Position numbers and translations under genes: made by a program. From Chrysomallon squamiferum (Eukaryota; Animalia; Mollusca): DNA of 64,000 nt. The DNA lies in NCBI GenBank assembly GCA_012295275.1, contig CM022665.1, positions 38,192,001 through 38,256,000 on the forward strand, written 5' to 3'. Below, piece by piece: positions 12,826 through 26,658 of this stretch (within the stretch, counting starts at the first letter, position 1; each line of letters opens with the position of its first letter). The notes beneath the pieces were generated by a model. It saw only the letters and a list, made by a program, of their open reading frames with translations. It was not told where the DNA came from and did no database searches.

Positions 12826-12859
12826 ACCATACCAAGAGCTAACCTTTTACATTTAGCTA

Positions 12860-13175
12860 TAAAGAATTCTTTATAAACGACTTCCCATAGACAGGAAATC
12901 AAACACTATGCTATGCTGAACACAAGACTACGCATGAAACAGTCCTGTTGGTGTACCATGTAGAACTGATCCTTTGATTTACCATACCTCAGGACTGCTT
13001 TCTAACCACATGGCACTGGTTGGTACAAGATACAGCATGCTCAGGGTACAGTGCAGGAGTGACCCACTGACTTATCACACCTCAGGTCTGTTTTCTAACC
13101 ACAAAGCAATGACTAGAAAGAGAAATAGCATGATGGGGTAACTGTGGAGGGTTGATCCTGTAAGTCTCAGATCCA
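12860..13175 (-). mobile_element. SINE copy with a tandemly reiterated head segment
   Basis: Reverse-strand core (TTCCCATAGACAGGA) followed by a ~93-bp unit repeated about 2.5 times: ACCTCAGGACTGCTTTCTAACCAC (~12986) and ACCTCAGGTCTGTTTTCTAACCAC (~13079). Confidence 0.6.
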
Positions 13176-13922
13176 TGTACTTATGACTCACTGTTTATGT
13201 AGTCCAGTTTATTTGATAATTGTTTATCTGTGATGTCTGTTTCTGATACCCTTTCTAGTTTAATGACTGCATGACTTCATTGTAACTTGACCTGGTATTC
13301 AAATTTCACTTCCTGGTAATCTCATAATGTTTAACACACAGTCATGTGAGTCACTTGTTTCTCATGTTTCTAGACTGCTTGAAGTAAACAACGAAAACAA
13401 AGAATGATTATAATAACAAAAATATAACAACAAAAACAACAATAACAACAACAGCAATAATAACAACAACATTAAAAAAATAATAATTATTATTATTATT
13501 ACAATTATTATAGTTATGGTAATGATTATAATAATAATGATGATGATGATGATGATGATAAAAATAGTATTAGTATTAATGAAAATAAATGTAATAATAA
13601 TAACAATTTTGATAATTAATCACAAATTGTTCTATGCCACTGACAATTTTCATACAGTGTTTTATGCTTTTCCAGTGTGTGTGTGTGAGAGAATGTATTA
13701 AATCTTGACCCTGAAATATACTGGTGAAAACCTTTAACAGCAAAATAGCACAGTATTTATACATAAAGACTGTATTTGCAATAATATCTAAATGGAAAAA
13801 AACAAAACAAAAAATTTCAAAATCAACATTTCTAAGAAATGGTGTTTTCATTCTACAAAAACAATTTCAGTTCATATTACCTTAATTAAGGTTGTGTGCA
13901 CAATAATATTTATTTTTTCCCT

Positions 13923-13924
<2 letters not shown>

Positions 13925-13971
<47 letters not shown>
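13925..13971. repeat. (CA)n microsatellite
   Basis: Perfect CA run. Confidence 0.95.
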
Positions 13972-13972
<1 letters not shown>

Positions 13973-14972
13973 TTTTATAATATTAAAAAAAAATTAAAAT
14001 CTTTGACAGCTTATCATATAGTACCAAGACAAGTGATAGACTATTTTCAAACAAATCATGACTAATTTGTAATACAGTTTATCCAAATAAACCAAAAATG
14101 ATTAAAAATGATTTTTAATGGTTTGCTATAGAAATACTCAAGGCCAAATAAGAAACTTATATGTTTACAATGATGAATAACTGATACATTTGAATATACA
14201 ACCATTTAATTTTATACATACAGACATTTAGTGCATTTAAAACACAGCTGTAATGACATCACAACAGGCTTGTTGTTTGTAGATATAATACTAATAAAAC
14301 AATATATAAAAAAAATAAAACAACAGCATCAAAACATCCATCCATTACTTCCACAGTATTAACGTAATTTAATAGGAACAAATTTCATAGCTGTAAAACC
14401 ATTATTAAAATACTTAACTGTTCATTTGGATTATCAACTAAATCACAAGACTACCCAGGCATTTATTTATAATGTAGAGAAAAAAAATAGCTGCAACAAC
14501 TTTAATACAATCTACACATTCTTACCATATTGTTGATTAAATAAATATATCAACAAACCTGTTATTAATAAGCAAAAATGTACCAGTACTTTGATGTTCT
14601 TGAATCTGCATAGCAGCCATTTTATGTAGAAATCTGTAATATTTTCATGCTGTAATGCTTGTTATCTTATACCTCAGTAATGTTTAATAATATTGATTAA
14701 TTTTGTTTGAACTCATACATAAAACCTTAATTTATAGCTGTAAATTAAAAAGAAAAAATACAATGTTTTTCTTATAATCTGGGTCTTATTAATTCATTTC
14801 TTTTCTATATGCCTTTCTTTCTTTTTTTTTTTGTTAAAGATTACAGCAGTTATATGAAACATTCTATGTATAATTTTTAACAAGATGTGTATTTAATGAA
14901 CTCTGTGAAAAAACAAAATAAAAAATAAAAAAGTAATTAAAAACTAAATAAAAGAAAAAAGAAATTTCTTAA

Positions 14973-15120
14973 TACTATACTTATTATTATTATATAATAC
15001 TTTTTTGTTGTTATACTTATTTCTTTTTTTATAAAAAGCAGCTACAATTATACTAAAAAAAAGGTGTTGTTAATATTGTACTGTTATTATTATATGATAC
15101 TTTTTAGTTGTTATACTTTT
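14973..15120. repeat. Local duplication, ~48-bp matching block, period ~99 bp
   Basis: TTATTATTATATAATACTTTTTTGTTGTTATACTT vs TTATTATTATATGATACTTTTTAGTTGTTATACTT. Confidence 0.75.
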
Positions 15121-15301
15121 AAAAAAATATATAAATAATAATAATTTATAATGAAATATCTTTCTGTTTCATTTATCTGCCCTAAATCTCATGAATAATA
15201 ATAATAAAAAAAAGTGAATTTAATTTATTATTTTTATTAAAAATCGGTGACCAGTTTTTCTTTCTGTCTTTTTTTTTTTTTGCTTTTTCTTTTTATTGTA
15301 G

Positions 15302-15377
15302 ACACTGTCCGGTCAACTGGGGTCAAGACTCACTGATCACATACAAGAGAAAACCGACACCTACTGATTTTATATAG
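15302..15377 (+). CDS. Possible terminal exon (frame unknown)
   Basis: Very long pyrimidine tract ending TTTTATTGTAG, followed by CpG-retaining, GC-raised sequence. Phase 0 reads TLSGQLGSRLTDHIQEKTDTY* (stop ends 15367); phase 2 reads HCPVNWGQDSLITYKRKPTPTDFI* (stop ends 15377). Confidence 0.3.
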
Positions 15378-15790
15378 GAATGTTGATACAAACAGAAAAA
15401 AGGACAAACCATGTACAAGTATTTACACAGGTCAACTACAAGTTAAATAAGTCTTATCAAGAGATCGACAGATCAAATCGGTTAATAGCAACAAAAGAAA
15501 AAGTTTTGCCTTCACCAAAATTTCTAGCTCAGAGCTATCAAAAAGCTAAATTCTGTTAAGGAAATAATAATCATTTCTTCTTGTCAAAGTCTGTTAAAGA
15601 TAATTGTATTCAACTGATTGCATATGTTGTACTCGTTTATGCTGTTGGTGCTCTTAAACAGTTGGTAGAAATTATTTTGAGGGCAGAATATCAAGAGGGG
15701 ATTCATTTTGGTTTATTGTTAAGACTAAATACATCTAGATTAAATGAAACATTTCTGGTTATGTAAAGTTTTTTGGGCTTTAATGGGTTT

Positions 15791-15909
15791 ATACATGACA
15801 GTATAAATTATAAATTATAAAATAGATAAATAATTTTAAATATATCTGTATACAGATATATTTTAAATTATTTATCTATTTTATAATTTATAATTTATAT
15901 TGTATGTAT
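15791..15909. repeat. Spacer-less AT-rich palindrome
   Basis: Arms 15802-15850 and 15851-15899 are reverse complements with one mismatch (T15837/T15864); pairing extends ~10 bp further with one wobble and one bulge; centre TCTGTA|TACAGA. Confidence 0.95.
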
Positions 15910-16011
15910 GTATATATATAAATCTATATATATATATATATATATATATATCTATATACATGTGTGTGTGTTTATATATATATAAAACTTCACAAAAGAA
16001 AAGGTTTTTCC

Positions 16012-16046
<35 letters not shown>

Positions 16047-16474
16047 CTATATCTGTGTGTATAAAATTATAAATTGTCACAAGAACCTTATGTCTGACAT
16101 AAGATTACCATTGCTTGAACAGTCTCTTGAGATGACATTAGTTAAATATTCCTTTCCTTTCATACTTCCATATTATCTGATTATCTGCCCCTGATAAAGC
16201 GCTCTCTATTTGCTGTCCACAGAAGGAGATCTGATATCAAGTGTCAAGTCCACTCCATACCACTTGAACTCTTGAGAACAAGTGGAAATGGAACAAGAGT
16301 TTTTGGATCTATTACAGATCAGGAATGTCCAGCATGTTCTTGTACAAACATTAAGAAAAACATTATTAATATAGAACAAAAATAAATACTCTCGAGACCT
16401 ATGTTTTATTAATCAATGAACAAACCTACCTCACAGAAACAAAAATAGACCCCTTTAAAATCTAATATCTGCAG

Positions 16475-16652
16475 CAGTGGTTCATAACATTTTATTTTTC
16501 AGGATTTCAAATAGTTTTTTTTAAACTGGGTTACATTTTTTGCTTTGACAGGAGTACAGTCAGTTTAGTGGCAAGTATTTATGCATGATAAAAACATAGC
16601 TTTTACCATCACCTTATGTTTTCATAAAGACCACACATGTTGAGAATTACTG
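16475..16652. mobile_element. hAT/Charlie-type MITE remnant
   Basis: Ends CAGTGGTTCATAACAT and ATGTTGAGAATTACTG are imperfect TIRs (12/16) of the CAGTGGTT(C/T)..AAC class; no clear 8-bp TSD survives. Confidence 0.55.
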
Positions 16653-17189
16653 GGAAGCCATAAACAGATTCAGATGACGCACCAGTTAGGTCTCAGGTGG
16701 GTGCATGTAGTTTTGTAAATCAGTTTTGTTTTATTATTTATTTTTAAAAACCTGACTGATCTTTTTTTTTTTCTATTTCTGTTTCTTTAAATTTTATTAT
16801 CATAAGTTATAAGTTATATCCATCACAATAACAGCAGCCCTTTTTATGAAACACTGGATCTTCCCGTTGTAAGTCTTGCAAATAACTCTGAAGCTTATTT
16901 AATTCTGATATGCTTTGGGATTGTTTTTTGTTTTTTTACACTATGGCATTTGACACTTCATAGTTTGGTACATTGTTGTTTTTCTCATGCAAACAACTCA
17001 TAACAGGAAATATATAAAGATGTATATCTTTGGATTGATATGATCTTCCAAAAATATGTGACTGTCAAAAAAAAAAATGCCATTAAGAATAATGTAAAAG
17101 AAAAATACATGAAGTACCAGTGAGATTTTTCTTTGACTGTCTAAAAAAAGTATCTTTTTTTCTTTTTTATGGGATGTGTCATACTTGAT

Positions 17190-17496
17190 GGAAGGAACAA
17201 ATATATATATATAATATTTTGTAATGACATTATCAACACATTTTAATTTATGAATGACATACGATCACATGCACAAAGGTTATGAGAGAAGAAATCCATT
17301 ACCATTACAAAGAAGTAGTTGTTTTTATTTTTCAATTAAAAAAAACCATGAGTTTTTATGTGCAATTTCTCACAGACAGGAAATGATATAGTACAGTATT
17401 TGGAAAAACTGGTAAGACTAAACTGGTCATGGAATACATGTTGGATTGGGGTATGATCATGCCAACAAACACATCTCAGACCACTGTGCTACATCT
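17190..17496 (-). mobile_element. SINE, decayed near-full-length copy
   Basis: Plus strand reads tail GAAGGAA...AATGACATTATCAACACATTTT, core TTTTATGTGCAATTTCTCACAGACAGGA, head ACCACTGTGCTACATC. Confidence 0.7.
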
Positions 17497-18154
17497 TTCT
17501 GCTTCTGTATTTGATAATCATTAACAGAGACATGTTGTTAGCATGCAGGTGGTTTGATACACAGTGTTACAGACATCTACAACATCACTAACATTCCTCA
17601 CTGCCAGTCATTCCAGTGTTGATAACACAAGCAGAAAACTATCCAAGTACACTCAACGTGACTGAGAACCAACATACCAGCTAATAACAATAATAAATAG
17701 TTCTGATTAGACAGGTTAAGAAAAAAAAAAAGCATAAGAAACAACTTAAGAGATAATTTGTAAATTGCTTTTTGTTTTCAGGTATTTGAGTTCCAAGGTT
17801 ATTCTTTTTTCTAATGCTAGTCTAATGGAAACATTGAGACTTGTTTTTTTAACTGTCTATGGTAAGGACAATGTAAAAAATCCCTGCTAATTATGTGGCT
17901 CCATAAATATGGTTTTCTAATAATGTGTTTTTCTTTTGTTTTGAGTTGGGTTTTTTTAATGTTAAGCATACTTTTCTTTTATACAGGCAATAATGATGTG
18001 AGATGTGTTTAGGCTGTGATGATTCCTTCTCCTACTTTTTTCAGATAGCAGCAACAGGTATTTTATATGTACGCAGACACGAAGGTAGATATCACAGCTT
18101 TGATAAACAAGTGAAACTGGCTGAAATATGAAACCTTTCTTTAGTTCTACCAAA

Positions 18155-18210
18155 GCGTGTTGAACCTGAGATCCTTTATGCTTCAGACCCTGAGCTATAG
18201 TCTACTCCAA
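18155..18210 (-). mobile_element. Isolated tRNA-like SINE head
   Basis: Minus strand has A-box-like TAGCTCAGGGT and B-box-like AGGTTCAACAC. Confidence 0.35.
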
Positions 18211-19099
18211 GGAAGATGAAAATGGTGTATGTAATACATCAAACTGATCTGGCAAGATGCTGAGGACTGCAGAAAGTATTAAAATTTTTAGTAAGAAAAA
18301 AAACCTATACTGACTGTAATCATCTTCAACATACTTGATTTAAGGAACATAGAGATGATAAAAAAATAAAAATTTATTATTAGATCAACTTCTCTTTTTT
18401 CATTTACCTGAAAGAAATGTTCTATATGCAGGAAAGTACATACCACAGACTTTGGTTGTGAAAGATCATTTAACAGAAAAACTTTTATTTACTTCCCAAA
18501 CAGTTGTCTATCAATAAACAATCAATAATGAACTGAATTCCATTAAAATCTTGGAAGCTTCTAACCATTAAGATGTGGTTAACCAAGTTTATCATGCTGT
18601 TTTTTTAGAATTGCTCCTTTCAGTCAAGAAAGATAGAATGTGATGATGTATGTTACAGAAACAATGTAAAAAAAATATATAAAAAATAATGAAAATAAAT
18701 AAAAAGTTATTGAGAAGTGCTTTTTTTTTTTCATCTCTTTCTCTGAGAATTTTATTTTATTACCTTTTTTCTTCTTATTAATTTGTCCAAACTTCAGAAT
18801 CACTGTAATATGTTGATCACATCCTTAACTATTGTCATAGATCAAATTTCCACATCAAGTTTCTCATAAAACCTGTTTTAGTGTTGAAGTACAAATAAAT
18901 TGTCATGATTCATGACTCTGTGTATCAAAAATGATTTAGTTTTATATAAACGTCTATCCAGTGTGTATTATTGCCAAGAAATGTGATTTTTTCAATTCAT
19001 AGGTTATAATGTTTTATTTATTTACTTTTTTATTTTTACTAATTTTCTTCTTCTTTTTTTAATCTCCACTATAAAAAGAATCAGCTGATGCAAAAGAAT

Positions 19100-19280
19100 C
19101 TTGCTATTTCCTATTCCTGCCAGTACTCTAATTGATTTATCCAAAGACTTTGGAAACAATTTCCTTTCCACATGATATGTTTAAAAGAACCCACAATGCT
19201 TCTGATAAGAACTGCCTGTACAGTGACGGGTTTTCTTGTTTCCACATTATTGTATAAAATCCACACAAATGATATATTAA
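19100..19280 (+). mobile_element. SINE remnant
   Basis: GCTATTTCCTATTCCTGCCAGTACT...TAAAAGAACCC...GTGACGGGTTTTCTT match the family layout. Confidence 0.5.
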
Positions 19281-20119
19281 CCTTCAATAATACAATATAC
19301 TGAACATCACTTATATATCTTTATCTATATCTCTGTCTATCTATCTATCCACACACACACACATCTTGTGAAATACGAATGCATGGTATTATGAAATACT
19401 GAGGAACCCAAACTTTATTTGAATATGGTATATTAATTTAGGTGTTACAATGCGTAACTCGATTATCAATTAATTCCAGCTTTTACTGATAAAAGATTTT
19501 TAACAATTTCAAAACTCCAGACAAATAAGTTACGGGCTATTAATATTATTCTCTTGACTAGACCATTTCCAAAGAAGGAGGAATATGGGCCTACTAATAG
19601 CAACAACGTAATTAATGCTATTCGTCATTTGCGCAAGAACAGAATGACGACAGTTGTTGTGTCTGCTAGATCAAAAGGACGTTCAGCCCGATCTGTCAGT
19701 AACATGATAGACTGTTGTAAGCAGTCTGTGATGTACAACGGGAGTTCATCATGAACATTTGCAAAAACAAGAGGTGACGCACACAGATAATACATTAACA
19801 CTTCGTAGGGCAATTTAAATGACATTGACAGAATGAAGTGACGAAGTGTTCCAAGTAATAAAAGTACTGTAACCAATATTATATAATTACATTATTAATT
19901 ATTAGAATTTCTTGTGCATGAAAGTTGTGGATTAAATAATGTTAAATTAATTACAGGCACCTACTTTTATTAACTCAGATTACAACTGGAGTAATTCTTC
20001 AAAATAAGTTTTAATCTGTTACTGAGGAGTATTTATAAAATTTTGTTTAAAGATACCGCTAGCGCAGTTATATAAGTACCAGTCATGTAATTATCAAACG
20101 ATACCTCCTCAGTTTTTTC

Positions 20120-20280
20120 ATTAGCAGCACAAATTTTATATCTTCACAACTTGTGAAAGTATTTTTCATAGCTTCTGATAGTTGCTGGTTTTAATGGAAA
20201 ATGGCCCAGTGGGTTCTCTTAAAAGGATTGATCCAACAACACATTTCAACTAAGACCACTGAAACCTCTGAACATAGCCC
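20120..20280 (-). mobile_element. SINE remnant
   Basis: ATTAGCAGCAC..TTTTATAT...GGAAAATGGCCCAGTGGG...GGATTGATCC...GACCACTGA on the plus strand. Confidence 0.6.
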
Positions 20281-21269
20281 AAGTTTTGTAATAAAAAATC
20301 AGACTTCATCTACTTTCAATTTTTCATGAATATAACTAATTTTGTTATTTGTTTAGAAGAACATTCTTAAATGGTTGATTGTAATTTTCTCCCTGTAATT
20401 ATTTTAACTTAAAATTCTGTTTCTTTTCTCATCATTTTTATTTGTAATTATCACAGACATGGATCTTAAGTCATTATAATTTTATTTAATTATTTATTCT
20501 GTCAAGTGATAAAAAAAAAAAAAAGCATCAATGAACATTCATCTTTCTAAAGAAAAAAAGAAAAGGAGCTTATCCAAGGTGTTATGAGACCCCCACAGTG
20601 AACTCTACCTGTTTGTTCAGCACTTGTAACAGCAGGTAAGATGCAGATGAGTTGAATATGGAGATGTAATAAAGTCTTTATCTTTTGTTAAGATTCCACC
20701 CGATATGTCTCATCTTCCCTTAAACCCAACACAAACAGAAAAGAAAAAAAGGACTGCAGATGAAAAAAGAAGAAGAAGAAAAAGAAAAGTGTGTTAATAT
20801 GACATCAACAAGTGATAATGATAGAGCCTGGACTTCAATTTCAGCACATGTTTACAATGTAAACATATAAATTACATAATAAATGTCAATAATGTTTACT
20901 GGGTATGTGTGCATAATGTGACTGAAATCTGAGATATTGATGATGGTGCTGTATGTAAATGCATACATTGTGAGAAAATTAACACCTCGAAACATCATGT
21001 ACACACCACTGCACACATTAAATTGTGATGGAGTCTGACCTCCTTGTCAGAAATGATGACAGTTACCAGATGATGGTGTGTGCATTGTAGAGTTAATTAT
21101 TTGAGAGGCCACCAAAGTGATTTGTGAAAAGGAAAGAAAAAAGACAACCAGTACCATACTTAGTACACAATTTTTTTTCTTTTTAATACTTCTTGAAAAC
21201 ATTGATATTTTCTCTTATTAATGGTTATAAGTTTAAAACAGAGTCTTTTAAAATGATGATACAACTGAA

Positions 21270-21430
21270 TAAACTGACACCACATTCATTAGATACTGTT
21301 ATCAGTTATCAAAATGGATCCCACATATTTACCTCCCCACAGACAGGAAAGTATATTCATTGATAAACCAGTAATGGAAGCCCTGGTTAGAATAGGAGGT
21401 AACCCAAAGAGAGCACTAACCAGTGAACCA
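21270..21430 (-). mobile_element. SINE remnant
   Basis: CTCCCCACAGACAGGAAAG...TTGATAAACCAGTAATGG...CTGGTTAGAATAGGA...CTAACCAGTGA. Confidence 0.6.
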
Positions 21431-23389
21431 TTACTTTTGTTATTACATAGAAACACTCTTGGTTTTTAATCACAATTTCTCTCTTTTGAAGTATTTCAGT
21501 ATTTCATGAACAGACTTGTATCAGCTGGACAAAACCAAATCATTAAAAATTGAATTTTATGATTTTTATTGAACTGTATTTCTTTTATTGCCATTGTAAT
21601 GATTGTTGTTATTATTATGTCTCTTTTTTTTTTAATGTTAACAACTCTATAATGAGCAGAAGCATAGGCAATGAAAAGACAGAACTATGACTGTTACTCG
21701 AGCTTTAAAAAATAAATAACAAGTGGTGAAATTATAAAAAGCGATCTGACTGATGATGAGCTCATCGTATTTTATTTTTAATAGATGAGAGACTTAATGT
21801 TTTGATAATGAAAACATATTACCACAATCTAATATGTTTATTTGCCTTCCAGAAAATTACCTTTAGAAGTGTATCAATTTGTAGAGCTATAAATACAGTT
21901 TCATCCTTTATTTTTTATTATTATATATTTTAAGTATATATTAAGCCTTGACCCAGAAAACCAGAAAATACAAAAATCCAAGTTATTTCTAGTTACAAGC
22001 TTACCAGATAAACAGTCTGGCTTCTGTACTATACATTTTTTCAGCAAGGAATATTTTATATAAAAGGATGCACAACTATTTTTTTATATAATTATATTTA
22101 AAACCTGACAGTTACTGTTACATAAATTGATGAAAGAAATTTTTATTACTCTCTTAAATTTATTTCATATTATCTACTTACCTATCTTCATTTATATATG
22201 AAACCAGTTATTAAGTCTAAAAGCACTGATTTTAGAAATGAAAGCCTTTGTTAATTATCATAATGTAGTCTTTTGATGATTCATGTTTTCCAGTTAGTTA
22301 TTCAGATTTGGAAAGACACCCCCCCCCCAATAAAAAAGAAAGAAAAACAACTATAAAATAAATAAATTTAAAAAAAACTATAAAAAAATCAACAACTTAA
22401 TAATGATTTTTTGATATTTTCAATAAAAAATTATAACTACAAGTTTATTATTCTTCTAGCACTGAATCTTGTTAAAAGATCTGTTATACACTAGCAATAA
22501 ATGTTTGCTACTTGATACAGTTAAAGTTATAGCAATCAAATTACCATGAAATAAAGTACTGTTATGCAAACATTCTACACACAGTAAACTGAAAGATGAA
22601 GCGACACCTTTGGAAACAACTGTCATTGTATATTATTACACAAACAAATAGCTACAAATTCTTCTTTGATTTCTTCCTTTCTTCTGAGCACCTGCAGATA
22701 ATTATATTTCACAGTCAATATGAATATTAGATACTTGATAAGGCTGCATTCTTAATTAATTCGCACTGTTAAGAAATGAATAGCAAGACATAAAAGGAAT
22801 GATACTGTATTTAAAATGATCTAAAAAAGTGTTTGAGAAACCAAGGGAAAGGTAAATAATATGGCAAACACTTTTAAGTTTAAAATACATGAAAAAGTGC
22901 TGGGATTGGTTGATTGAGGGTAATTTTCAAATTATGTATGAAATTATGTAATGGAAAAAGGTATGATTGTGGTGACTGTATTTGAAACAATTTCAACTAA
23001 TAGAAAGGATTTGCAGTATTTAACATTGTCATTTTTCTTTTTTGTTTTCTGATGTATAAAACAAAATGTTTGTCCTTATTGACATTTTTAAATTTAATGT
23101 TTATCATATTATATCATTTATGCTAATTATTTTCATATTCAGATATATTTATTATCCGAAACCATATTTTTCTCATTTTAAGAAAGCATTTATTTAATGT
23201 TTTTCTTAAGAAAAAATTACTTTTTGATACAGTGAAAATGTATTTCATTTAAAAAAAAAAAAAATTAAAAAAAAAAAAAAAAACAGATTTAAGAAATTTA
23301 AAAATTAAACTCTAAAGGTAATAAAAACATATTATTAATTGTCAGTGTTACTGGTTTTTCATGGATGCTTAGTCTAATGACTAGTATAT

Positions 23390-23630
23390 TAGAACTTATC
23401 CCATTCCAGAAAGTGTTTCAAGACTTCTTTTATTGACATCTATGTTATATATTACCCTGTCTATGGGAAGGCACATACAAGCAGTTCTTTGTTACAGCCA
23501 GTAAGAGTAACACAAGGAATAGTGGAAGTTGGTTTCATCTTGTATCATTATGAAGAAAAAGTAACATGATCAACATCTAATAACTTAATAACAGCATGTG
23601 TTGAAATGTTAAACATTTATTACATTTCAC
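23390..23630 (+). mobile_element. SINE, 5'-truncated
   Basis: CCATTCCAG...TACCCTGTCTATGGGAAGGCACATA...AAGAGTA...ATGTGTTGAAATGTTAAACATTT. Confidence 0.65.
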
Positions 23631-24109
23631 TTCATCAGAAATGAGGCCTGTTAAATATGATATGAAAATAATATTGCCATATGCTGTTGTTGCATATCTT
23701 TCTTCTTCCTCTCATATGCAGAATTTTCCTTTCTTTTCTCCTTTTTCCATTAATTTGCAAATACATCCGGAAAAAAGAAAATTAAATAATGGAGCATGTG
23801 TCACCAAAACAGGGTTTAGACTATATGGGTCAAAAGAGGTTATCACCATTTAATGGCAAAATTTGGAATATGGTAGAAGTAGATAATGGCTAGGCACTGG
23901 ATCAATGTGATATGAAAGACAGGAAATTGTGTTATAACTTGATTTATTGTTTCGGCTGAAAGAATTAAAAAAAGTGGAAGATATTACAGATAGAATAGCT
24001 ATTTTACAATACCTCATTATTGTATCAAATGTTATCAGAGACTAGTTCTGTGCTTTTTATTATTATTTTTTTATTTTTTTTATTAATGTGTAATTTTAAA
24101 ATTTAAATT

Positions 24110-24510
24110 CAAGTTTATGACTAATTCTGTATAGACACTTAATGCTTTTAAAATTTTAAATTCGTAAAAAAAAAAAAATTGCTGACTAACTGAATGAATG
24201 TATACTCATTTCATTTTAAAATATTCTTACAAAATTATTTAGTACACAAAAGTAATTTTTTTTCTTCTTTTTTAATTTTTAAAAGTTCATAGAATTTTAT
24301 GACTAATTGATCATTTTAATTATTATTTTGATAAAAAAAATTACTTGTAACCTTTTATTTTTAAATTATAAACAATTTAATGACTAATACAGAATGCACT
24401 CATTTTCTTACAACTTTTAAATTATTTTTAAACAAATGATTAAGAACACACTCACAGCCTTTTTTTGTCTAAATTATAATGAATTTGATGACAAATTAAG
24501 TCACATCATC
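24110..24510. repeat. Degenerate tandem repeat with recurring ATGACTAAT, spacing roughly 55-65 bp or multiples
   Basis: TTATGACTAATT (~24116, ~24297), CTGACTAACT (~24182), AATGACTAATA (~24379), GATGACAAATT (~24488), mostly followed by a C(A/T)CAT-like block. Confidence 0.55.
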
Positions 24511-24547
24511 ACCTATAAATCAGTCTTTATATACAAATGTGTGTTTA

Positions 24548-24583
<36 letters not shown>

Positions 24584-26621
24584 TATCAAATTTAAACATT
24601 TAAATTAGCTTTTAGCACATGTATATGTTTTTTCTCGATAAGCCTGAAGCATTTTAACTTGTCATTATATGACAAATACGATCAGTCTTACAATCGCTTG
24701 TCAATACAAGTCTTCTCATCTCTTTTCACTCAGTCTGACATGACAGCTTTCACCACAGACTTTCTCAAATGTTTCTCCAGGCGTGAACTGTCTGACCTGG
24801 AATTATCACACAGCACTGATCAAAGGTTTAATTCTTCTCTATAAATCGTGTCTGTACCAGCAGGTCCCCTCCGTGACGACGTTGAAGTAACTGTCAGTGA
24901 CGCTGGTGTAATTACTGATTACCTACAGGCTAATGGCAGCTCTCTCGAGCCTCAGACAATGTTATCTGTTTTTTTCATAAAAGTTTTGTTTAAATTTCTT
25001 TCATAAAGCTTTAAACTGAATATATATTTTATTAATGAATATTGTACTGAATGAATTGTGTGTGTTTTTTTTTTTTTTTTTCTCTCTTTTTTTCTCTCTT
25101 CCTCTCTTTCACCCCCAAAAAGATTGTATCTCTATTTAAATTAGGTGAACAGGAAGATGTTATTATTTTTAAAAGGTTTATGATAAAAATTGATTTTAAA
25201 ATGTTTTTTATTTGTTATTATTTTTCTCTCAATGTGAAATCAATTACCTGTAGGCTCTGTGGAGCCAGGCAGCAATTAGTGAGAAAATTGACTTTTTCCT
25301 TTTGAATTCATTCAAATTTTCACAGCTGATGTACACTGTATGTCCTGGTTCACACTGATAACATCGAAACTGAACGGGTTATGTTTAACTAACTAATGAT
25401 AAAAACACAATTATTAAAACACTAAGTAAAATAAATTTGTAAAACTATTACCTTGATTTATGTATGTATGTTAATGTCTGTGTCTGTGATGTGTGTTGTC
25501 GTTATATGCACACATGTATATATGTGTGTGTGTATGTATGTGTATGTGGTGCAAGTATTTGTCTCTCATATGCACACATACAACAGAAATACATTTTGAT
25601 ACCTCACATAGATTCTATCAAATTTCAGAATAAATGGTTTCAGAAACATTTTGACTTTCAGCCAAAAAGAAAGAAAACAAAAAAAGGAAAAAAGAATTCA
25701 TCAATATAAATAATTGAGCAACATGCGTAAAACTGTAAACTATGAACCAAAAGCAAACAAACAGAACAACAAAAAACAAACAAAAAAAGTATTTATTATG
25801 AGCACAGGTAATTAAATGCGAAAAACAAAACTAAACATAAAAAAAATAAATAAATAAATAAAGAAATGTATAAACTAAAAATAGAAATAATTTTTTAATA
25901 TATTTTTGACATGAGCATAGATAAACAGAACAAATAAGTACAGGTAACAACAAAACAAAAATAATAATAAAATGAAATAAAATGACAAAGTCTCAAATGA
26001 AATAAAACAATTTAAAAAAAAAAAATGTTTAAAATGAAGTAACAAAACAAACTGCAAACTCACCCTAACCCCTTCCATAAAATTAGTAAAAAAAAGTAAA
26101 AAAGTAAAAAAATAAAAGAAGAAAATGCCTAATAGAAAATAAATGACTTGTCTGTATTGTAAGACTGGTGTTAGTCAACATACATACAATAGTATTAAAT
26201 ATCAGAATTACAGTGAGAAAAATGTCTTGATCACTTTACAGGGAATTTTCATTGTCTATTATTACAGAGTTACTGAGTTACAGTGGGTACAGATTTTATT
26301 TTCTTCAGTTCTAACTTATATTTTTATCTGTTGCTGTATCCAGCAGTTAAATTTAAAAAAGAAAAACAAAATTTTGTAAATGATATTTCTAAAGGCTGGA
26401 TGGTAATTAATATTCATAATTGAAATATGACATCCTGTCTGAGCATTCAACGAAGAAGAAAAAAACGTGTTTTAAAAGTTATTTATATTTTGAAATTATA
26501 AAATGTATTATTATTTTTTATAAATGTTATACCATCCTGGAATACACATTTGACTAAAATGATGAAAGAATGATTATTTTTGTTTGTAAAAAAATATTAA
26601 TAAAACAGCATTTATGCACAT

Positions 26622-26658
<37 letters not shown>

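Noticed and set aside
20935-21045. Possible C/D-box snoRNA (TGATGA...CTGA)
   Set aside because: There is no convincing terminal stem and no recognisable rRNA/snRNA guide; these boxes are common by chance here.
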